Positions 52,510-64,000 of a DNA stretch of 64,000 nt are shown here, piece after piece (positions within the stretch are counted from its first letter, which is position 1; every line of letters starts with the position of its first letter). The notes under the pieces were generated by a model that saw only the letters and a program-made list of their open reading frames with translations, had not been told where the DNA came from and made no database searches. The stretch is from NCBI RefSeq assembly GCF_053078305.1, contig NZ_CP166879.1; one strand, given 5' to 3'. A program made the position numbers and the translations under genes.

Positions 52510-53466
52510 TCAATACCCCATATTTTTCTTCTTCTCTAACTCTTCTTTTGCGGTATCAGGCAGGTAAAGGGTGGATTTGGTTAACGTCAGCTTTTCAGGC
52601 ATGGTGCCGTCTTTTTTGTATTTCTCCAGCGCGTCGAAGGCGGGACCTGCCATATTCGGCGTCAGTTCAACACTGGCGTTCGCTTCGCCATCCATCATCG
52701 CTTTGTAGATGTCCGGTACACCGTCAATGGAACCCGTGAGGATATCTTTGCCCGGTTTCAGGCCCGCTTCTTTAATTGCCTGAATTGCACCAATCACCAT
52801 GTCGTCGTTATGGGCGTAAACCATGCAGATGTTTTTGCCGTTGTTTTCCGCTTTGATAAAGCTCTCCATGACTTCTTTGCCTTTACTGCGGGTGAAGTCA
52901 CCTGACTGCGAGCGGATGATTTTGATATTTGGCGCATTCTTAATGGCTTCGGCAAAGCCTTTCTTACGGTCAATGGCGACGCTGGCCCCAACGGTGCCCT
53001 GCAGCTCCACCACGTTGCATGGTTTGCCATTCACTTCTTTTACCAGCCAGTCACCGATCAACTTGCCTTCGAGGATGTTGTCGGCAGTAACGGTGGTCAT
53101 ATAGAGAGATTTGTCTTTCACATCGATGGAACGGTCGAGCAAGAAGACCGGGATTTCGGCATCTTTCGCCTCTTTTAATACCGGTTCCCAACCTGTCGCG
53201 ACCACCGGAGCGATAAAGATCGCATCCACCCCTTGTGCAACGAAGGAACGTACCGCTTTAATCTGGTTTTCCTGCTTTTGCTGACCATCGGCAATTTTCA
53301 GCGTAATTCCGCGTTTTTCGGCCTCACTTTTCGCCACATTGGTTTCTGCGGCGCGCCAGCCGGATTCCGATCCGACCTGCGAAAATCCTACGGTTAATGG
53401 AGCGGCCAACGCCATAGACGACATGGCTGCCGAGACTGCAGAGACTACAAGTAAGCGTTTCCACAT
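52510..53466 (-). CDS. ytfQ: Galactofuranose-binding periplasmic protein
   Basis: 318 aa with signal peptide MWKRLLVVSAVSAAMSSMALA. Confidence 0.95.
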   Translation of the reverse strand: MWKRLLVVSAVSAAMSSMALAAPLTVGFSQVGSESGWRAAETNVAKSEAEKRGITLKIADGQQKQENQIKAVRSFVAQGVDAIFIAPVVATGWEPVLKEAKDAEIPVFLLDRSIDVKDKSLYMTTVTADNILEGKLIGDWLVKEVNGKPCNVVELQGTVGASVAIDRKKGFAEAIKNAPNIKIIRSQSGDFTRSKGKEVMESFIKAENNGKNICMVYAHNDDMVIGAIQAIKEAGLKPGKDILTGSIDGVPDIYKAMMDGEANASVELTPNMAGPAFDALEKYKKDGTMPEKLTLTKSTLYLPDTAKEELEKKKNMGY

Positions 53467-53775
53467 AGGGTTGTCCTCGTCGGAGTAATTATTATTGGTG
53501 AAAAGATGTTCGCGAAAAAACTATAGACAATTCGTTATGTAACGGATTGCGTTACATCACACTTCAAAAAAGTAAATAAAACGTTAATCACAAGTTTGTA
53601 ATCGCTTTCATCTCACTATGAAAAATGCGGCTACGGTTATGGATTTTCCTGCTCTGCATACCGTCTTAAAACTGGCGAAAAAGGAAAATGAAGACGAAAA
53701 CAAGCGAAGACATTCGGCGCGAGTTGGCTATAATACTCGGCACTTGTTTGCCACATATTTTTAAAGGAAACAGAC

Positions 53776-54306
53776 ATGAGCTTACTCAACGTCCCTGCGG
53801 GTAAAGATCTGCCGGAAGACATCTACGTTGTTATTGAGATCCCGGCTAACGCAGATCCGATCAAATACGAAATCGACAAAGAGAGCGGCGCACTGTTCGT
53901 TGACCGCTTCATGTCCACCGCGATGTTCTATCCGTGCAACTACGGTTACATCAACCACACCCTGTCTCTGGACGGTGACCCGGTTGACGTACTGGTCCCG
54001 ACTCCGTACCCGCTGCAGCCGGGTTCTGTGATCCGTTGCCGTCCGGTTGGCGTTCTGAAAATGACCGACGAAGCCGGTGAAGATGCGAAACTGATTGCTG
54101 TTCCGCACAGCAAGCTGAGCAAAGAATACGATCACATTAAAGACGTTAACGATCTGCCAGAGCTGCTGAAAGCGCAGATCGCTCACTTCTTCGAGCACTA
54201 CAAAGACCTCGAAAAAGGCAAGTGGGTGAAAGTTGAAGGTTGGGAAAACGCAGAAGCCGCTAAAGCTGAAATCGTTGCCTCCTTCGAGCGCGCCAAGAAT
54301 AAATAA
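53776..54306 (+). CDS. ppa: Inorganic pyrophosphatase
   Basis: 176 aa, [32 protein letters not shown], with the DGDPVD motif. Confidence 0.98.
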   Translation: MSLLNVPAGKDLPEDIYVVIEIPANADPIKYEIDKESGALFVDRFMSTAMFYPCNYGYINHTLSLDGDPVDVLVPTPYPLQPGSVIRCRPVGVLKMTDEAGEDAKLIAVPHSKLSKEYDHIKDVNDLPELLKAQIAHFFEHYKDLEKGKWVKVEGWENAEAAKAEIVASFERAKNK

Positions 54307-54322
54307 GTTCTTCTGGCGCAAT

Positions 54323-54361
54323 AACCCTGAACGCCGGGCTTCGGTTAGTAAGGGTTTTTTT
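54323..54361 (+). terminator. ppa terminator
   Basis: AACCCT (54323-54328) pairs with AGGGTT (54351-54356), with an inner GC hairpin, followed by TTTTTT. Confidence 0.7.
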
Positions 54362-54385
54362 ATGCCCGCGATAAATAAACACACC

Positions 54386-54736
54386 TTATTCCACCACCGC
54401 CTGCAAGCGTAATAACGCCTCTTCCACCACCTCATCCGCAGCCAGACCAATACGCTTTGCCAGCCGGGCGCGTAGATCCATCATCCGCACCTGATTAACC
54501 AGCACCACGCCGTGCACATCGCCTTCTTCGCAATGTAAAGGAACGCTAAATCCGGCATAACGGGCAAAATTTCCACCCTGCGTAATGGGGGCCACCAGCG
54601 TCATTCCCAGTTGATTAAAGGCTTGAACGGAGAGCACAAGCGCAGGTCGACCAGCACCTTGCTGTTCATGGCTGCTTGCTGGATCAAAGCCAACCAGCAC
54701 AATGTCTCCCCGTTCAAATTCACTTTTCTTTACCAT
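54386..54736 (-). CDS. chpB: Type II toxin, MazF-family endoribonuclease ChpBK
   Basis: 116 aa, MVKKSEFERGDIVLVGFDPASSHEQQGAGRPALVLS (PemK/MazF fold). It overlaps chpS by 7 nt. Confidence 0.95.
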   Translation of the reverse strand: MVKKSEFERGDIVLVGFDPASSHEQQGAGRPALVLSVQAFNQLGMTLVAPITQGGNFARYAGFSVPLHCEEGDVHGVVLVNQVRMMDLRARLAKRIGLAADEVVEEALLRLQAVVE

Positions 54737-54981
54737 ATTTCGTCACCCGCAGGGGTGGATTTACCCCAGACATCCTGCTCGCTAAGTTCCGCGGCGTTCA
54801 TGTCACACTGTGCCAGCAGTTCATCAAGCGAGTAGCGCCTGGAGATGGGTGTCAGAATCAGTTGGTTGTTGCTCACCTGCGCTTCCACGCTCTGCCCCGG
54901 CTGTAAGTTAAGTTCTTTCATTACGATATTGGGAATGACCATACCTGCACTGTTCCCCCATCTTTTTATGGTAATACGCAT
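54730..54981 (-). CDS. chpS: Type II antitoxin ChpBI (AbrB/MazE-type), 83 aa from MRITIKRWGNSAGMVIP
   Basis: SpoVT/AbrB-like motif RWGNS. The ORF-track start at 54987 adds 2 codons. Confidence 0.94.
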   Translation of the reverse strand: MRITIKRWGNSAGMVIPNIVMKELNLQPGQSVEAQVSNNQLILTPISRRYSLDELLAQCDMNAAELSEQDVWGKSTPAGDEIW

Positions 54982-55153
54982 CTGCACCTCCTTAAGTTAT
55001 ACAAAGTATAACTCACGGTGCTACAGGAAACGTTTTACCCCTGCGCATTTGTGAATGCCAGCAGAGTTTTTTATGCGTTAATAGATATGGAAAGCGGCTC
55101 GGAGAGAAAAGCAAAAGGTGAGGGAATTACAAAACAGAATGCGAGTCGTCTCG

Positions 55154-55182
55154 CAAAAAACAACGCCACCCGAAGGTGGCGT
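55154..55182 (-). terminator. Terminator of the tamA-tamB-ytfP operon
   Basis: The minus strand reads ACGCCACC TTCG GGTGGCGT followed by TGTTTTTT, 11 nt after the ytfP stop. Confidence 0.85.
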
Positions 55183-55192
55183 ATGCATAGGG

Positions 55193-55534
55193 TTACTTAT
55201 CCCTGTCTAACCAGTCGCCGCTTTCAATTAGCTTTAATCCATCGACGGGTCGTTGATAAACGTACATCCATGCACTCCCGTACGGCGTCTGAATCAACTG
55301 GCGCGCGTATTCACCGCCCCTGGTGCGCAAGGCATCAAGTTCGGCCAGCGTGGCGTTGTCAATACGATAAACTTCACCGTGTACCGTTCCGTTCCCCGGA
55401 ACTGCGCCTGGATAGTGGCCCAGGCTATACAACTGGTAGTTATCGATACTGAAATCGCCCAGTAACTGGGCATTGGTCATCCAGTGACTGTTGCCTTGTT
55501 TGTGGCGTAAACTGCCGTAGACAAATATTCGCAT
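55193..55534 (-). CDS. ytfP: Gamma-glutamylcyclotransferase-like (AIG2/GGCT) protein
   Basis: 113 aa, MRIFVYGSLRHKQGNSHWM (YGSL motif). Confidence 0.93.
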   Translation of the reverse strand: MRIFVYGSLRHKQGNSHWMTNAQLLGDFSIDNYQLYSLGHYPGAVPGNGTVHGEVYRIDNATLAELDALRTRGGEYARQLIQTPYGSAWMYVYQRPVDGLKLIESGDWLDRDK

Positions 55535-55536
55535 TG

Positions 55537-61088
<5,552 letters not shown>

Positions 61089-61251
61089 TTAAACGGCTTA
61101 ACAAAAATCCAGTAATATGGATTAAAAAGCAGACTAAACCCCAAATATTTCTTATGTTTTACTTTAGACCTATTCACGGTGGTTATTGTGTGCAAATACG
61201 CCTCTTGTTACAACCTTAACCCCAATGACCGATTTTCGGGAGAGCGACACC

Positions 61252-61890
61252 ATGAGTTTATTTGATAAAAAGCATCTGGTTTCCCCCGCCGATGCCCTGC
61301 CTGGACGTAACACCCCGATGCCCGTAGCCACGCTGCATGCGGTCAACGGTCACTCAATGACCAATGTACCTGACGGAATGGAGATTGCCATTTTTGCGAT
61401 GGGTTGTTTCTGGGGTGTGGAGCGTCTGTTCTGGCAGTTACCCGGCGTTTACAGCACCGCCGCAGGCTATACCGGCGGCTATACGCCAAATCCGACTTAT
61501 CGGGAAGTGTGCTCCGGTGATACGGGTCATGCCGAAGCGGTACGCATTGTTTACGATCCTTCCGTCATCAGCTATGAGCAGTTGCTACAGGTATTTTGGG
61601 AGAATCACGATCCCGCCCAGGGAATGCGTCAGGGCAATGACCACGGCACGCAGTATCGTTCAGCGATTTATCCGCTGACCCCAGAACAGGATGCCGCAGC
61701 TCGCGCCAGTCTGGAACGTTTTCAGGCGGCGATGCTTGCCGCCGATGATGATCGTCACATCACCACGGAAATCGCTAACGCCACACCGTTTTATTATGCC
61801 GAAGATGACCACCAGCAATATCTGCATAAAAACCCGTACGGTTACTGCGGAATTGGCGGAATTGGCGTCTGTCTGCCACCGGAAGCATAG
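61252..61890 (+). CDS. msrA: Peptide methionine-S-sulfoxide reductase (212 aa from [11 protein letters not shown])
   Basis: Active-site motif GCFWG. The ORF-track start at 61186 is an extension. Confidence 0.96.
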
Positions 61891-61936
61891 CGTTACGGGT
61901 ACAAATGTAGATTGTTGATAAAGTGCGTTTTGTTTA

Positions 61937-62035
61937 TGCCGGATGCGGCGTAAACGCCTTGCCAGGCCTACAAAATCGTCCAAATTCAATATATTGCAAG
62001 GACTGCGTAGGCCTGATCGGCATAGCGCATCAGGC
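61937..62035. repeat. REP elements
   Basis: TGCCGGATGCGGCGTAAACGCCTTGCCAGGCCTAC ... TAGGCCTGATCGGCATAGCGCATCAGGC. Confidence 0.85.
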
Positions 62036-62212
62036 AGTTTTGCATTTTTCAGCTGTCTGAATTTTAACCCTCTGGCGGCTTTACAGTACCTTACGCTATA
62101 CTAGCCACTGAAAATGCCGGTTCACTTTCTTCGAATCGGCTTTCAATGTGTATTTCACACAAATTAATCAACTTCCCCTTCCGAGGATCTGGCCTGAAAG
62201 GTCGGATAAGAT

Positions 62213-63556
62213 ATGTTAAACAGTATTTTAGTCATACTCTGCTTGATCGCTGTAAGTGCGTTCTTCTCGATGTCCGAGATCTCGCTTGCCGCCTCACGCA
62301 AAATCAAACTTAAACTGCTGGCTGATGAAGGCAATATAAATGCCCAACGCGTTCTGAATATGCAGGAAAATCCCGGCATGTTCTTTACCGTGGTCCAAAT
62401 CGGTCTGAACGCAGTGGCGATTCTCGGCGGTATCGTCGGTGATGCGGCATTTTCTCCAGCTTTTCACAGCCTGTTCTCCCGCTATATGTCGGCAGAGCTC
62501 TCTGAGCAACTGAGCTTTATTCTCTCTTTCTCGTTAGTGACTGGCATGTTTATCCTGTTTGCGGATTTAACCCCGAAACGCATCGGTATGATTGCGCCAG
62601 AAGCGGTGGCTTTGCGTATCATCAACCCGATGCGCTTCTGCCTGTACGTTTGCACCCCGCTGGTGTGGTTCTTCAACGGCCTGGCGAACATGATCTTCCG
62701 TATTTTCAAACTGCCAATGGTACGTAAAGATGACATCACTTCTGATGACATCTACGCGGTAGTGGAAGCCGGTGCGCTGGCGGGCGTGTTACGTAAACAG
62801 GAACACGAGCTGATTGAAAACGTCTTTGAGCTGGAATCCCGTACCGTTCCGTCTTCAATGACACCGCGTGAAAACGTGATTTGGTTTGATCTCCACGAAG
62901 ATGAGCAAAGTCTGAAAAATAAGGTGGCGGAACATCCGCACTCTAAGTTCCTCGTCTGTAATGAAGATATTGACCACATCATCGGCTATGTCGATTCTAA
63001 AGACCTGCTGAACCGCGTGCTGGCTAACCAAAGCCTGGCACTGAACAGCGGCGTACAAATTCGCAACACGCTGATTGTGCCGGATACGTTAACCCTTTCA
63101 GAGGCGTTGGAAAGTTTTAAAACCGCAGGAGAAGACTTCGCGGTGATCATGAACGAGTACGCGCTGGTAGTGGGGATCATCACCCTCAACGACGTGATGA
63201 CCACGCTGATGGGCGATCTGGTCGGTCAGGGACTGGAAGAGCAGATTGTCGCCCGTGATGAGAACTCATGGCTGATTGACGGCGGCACTCCGATTGACGA
63301 CGTCATGCGCGTGCTGGATATTGACGAGTTCCCGCAGTCGGGCAACTACGAAACCATCGGCGGCTTTATGATGTTTATGCTGCGTAAGATCCCGAAACGC
63401 ACCGATTCGGTGAAATTCGCCGGCTACAAATTTGAAGTGGTGGATATCGATAACTACCGCATCGACCAGCTGCTGGTGACCCGGATCGACAGCAAGGCCA
63501 CAGCCCTTTCGCCAAAACTGCCTGACGCTAAAGATAAAGAAGAAAGCGTCGCGTAA
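62213..63556 (+). CDS. ytfL: CNNM/CorC-family membrane protein (DUF21-CBS-CorC_HlyC), reported polyamine exporter PaeA
   Basis: 447 aa with an N-terminal DUF21 TM region, a CBS pair and a C-terminal CorC domain. Confidence 0.94.
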   Translation: MLNSILVILCLIAVSAFFSMSEISLAASRKIKLKLLADEGNINAQRVLNMQENPGMFFTVVQIGLNAVAILGGIVGDAAFSPAFHSLFSRYMSAELSEQLSFILSFSLVTGMFILFADLTPKRIGMIAPEAVALRIINPMRFCLYVCTPLVWFFNGLANMIFRIFKLPMVRKDDITSDDIYAVVEAGALAGVLRKQEHELIENVFELESRTVPSSMTPRENVIWFDLHEDEQSLKNKVAEHPHSKFLVCNEDIDHIIGYVDSKDLLNRVLANQSLALNSGVQIRNTLIVPDTLTLSEALESFKTAGEDFAVIMNEYALVVGIITLNDVMTTLMGDLVGQGLEEQIVARDENSWLIDGGTPIDDVMRVLDIDEFPQSGNYETIGGFMMFMLRKIPKRTDSVKFAGYKFEVVDIDNYRIDQLLVTRIDSKATALSPKLPDAKDKEESVA

Positions 63557-63571
63557 CCCCCATAAACATCA

Positions 63572-63600
63572 ACGGCTCCTGAATCAGGAGCCGTCTTTTT
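63572..63600 (+). terminator. ytfL terminator
   Basis: ACGGCTCCTGA ATCAGGAGCCGT followed by CTTTTT. Confidence 0.88.
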
Positions 63601-63617
63601 ACTGCATAGCACTTTGG

Positions 63618-63824
63618 TTAAGCCATCTCTGTTTGCAGACGCATAACCTGACGGTTAACTTCGGACATCACTGACAAATGCAGCTTATCCTTCACTTTTG
63701 GGATAAGAATCTTACCCTTATCAAATTCAAAAGCGCCAACGTCCTTGATGTATAACCGTCCACGGAACAGGATCTTTACGTACTTCGCCACCTGAAGTGG
63801 GTTGTACCGTTGGAAAATTTTCAT
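63618..63824 (-). CDS. ytfK: DUF1107 small protein (68 aa from [16 protein letters not shown])
   Basis: GGAGATAACA SD before ATG 63824. The ORF-track start at 63890 is an extension. Confidence 0.92.
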
Positions 63825-64000
63825 TGTTATCTCCTGCTGAGTATTACGCCTGTGCGGTGCCACAATCGGCCCAACTATTATGAGGCGCAAATTTTAATGC
63901 TTAGTGACTATAGACTATCCGGGCAATGTTTCCACCGCGTATAACTTTTTTTACCTAAAGGTTACAATTATTCAGAATTATCTTTTTACCGAAGCGCGGT

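Noticed and set aside
53782-54450. 222-aa ORF antisense to ppa
   Set aside because: It covers the whole of the highly expressed ppa gene and its terminator, so it is a codon-bias artefact.

Overview
This window is Escherichia coli chromosome, in reverse orientation relative to the K-12 MG1655 map. About 57 kb (6.8-64 kb) is well-known core genome. The order is leuX, ahr, idnK/idnDOTR, yjgR, lptGF, pepA, holC-valS, yjgN, yjgM, rraB, argI, yjgL, tabA, bdcRA, yjgH, pyrLBI-ridA, mgtLA, treRBC, nrdDG, cybC, pmbA, yjgA, mpl, fbp, yjfF-ytfTRQ, ppa, chpSB, ytfP-tamBA, msrA, ytfL, ytfK. REP/BIME elements, attenuators and operator sites sit where expected. Gene identities come from recognising the translated products and regulatory motifs from memory; no database search was possible. 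The accessory part is the first 6.7 kb, which is the integrase-proximal end of an integrative element inserted at the 3' end of tRNA-Leu(CAA) leuX, the classical P4 attachment site. Reading away from the tRNA it contains: a P4-type tyrosine integrase; a very AT-rich 212-codon orphan gene; a 330-bp AT-rich spacer packed with 10-bp-phased repeats; alpA; a convergent small ribbon-helix-helix gene; a divergent promoter region with three TGAATCGCAC repeats; and an operon of four small overlapping genes (one Icd-like) ending in a large Zn-ribbon/Toprim/P-loop primase-helicase. That last gene runs off the window edge, which is why it is missing from the ORF track. The best candidate for something undescribed is the module of the orphan 212-aa gene plus the phased repeat array, in the variable slot between int and alpA. 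It could be anti-phage cargo or a new induction regulator, and sequence alone cannot decide between these. The other end of the island is outside the window. In the core, the only unusual item is yjgL, an AT-rich orphan gene carrying a 17 x 18 bp in-frame tandem repeat.
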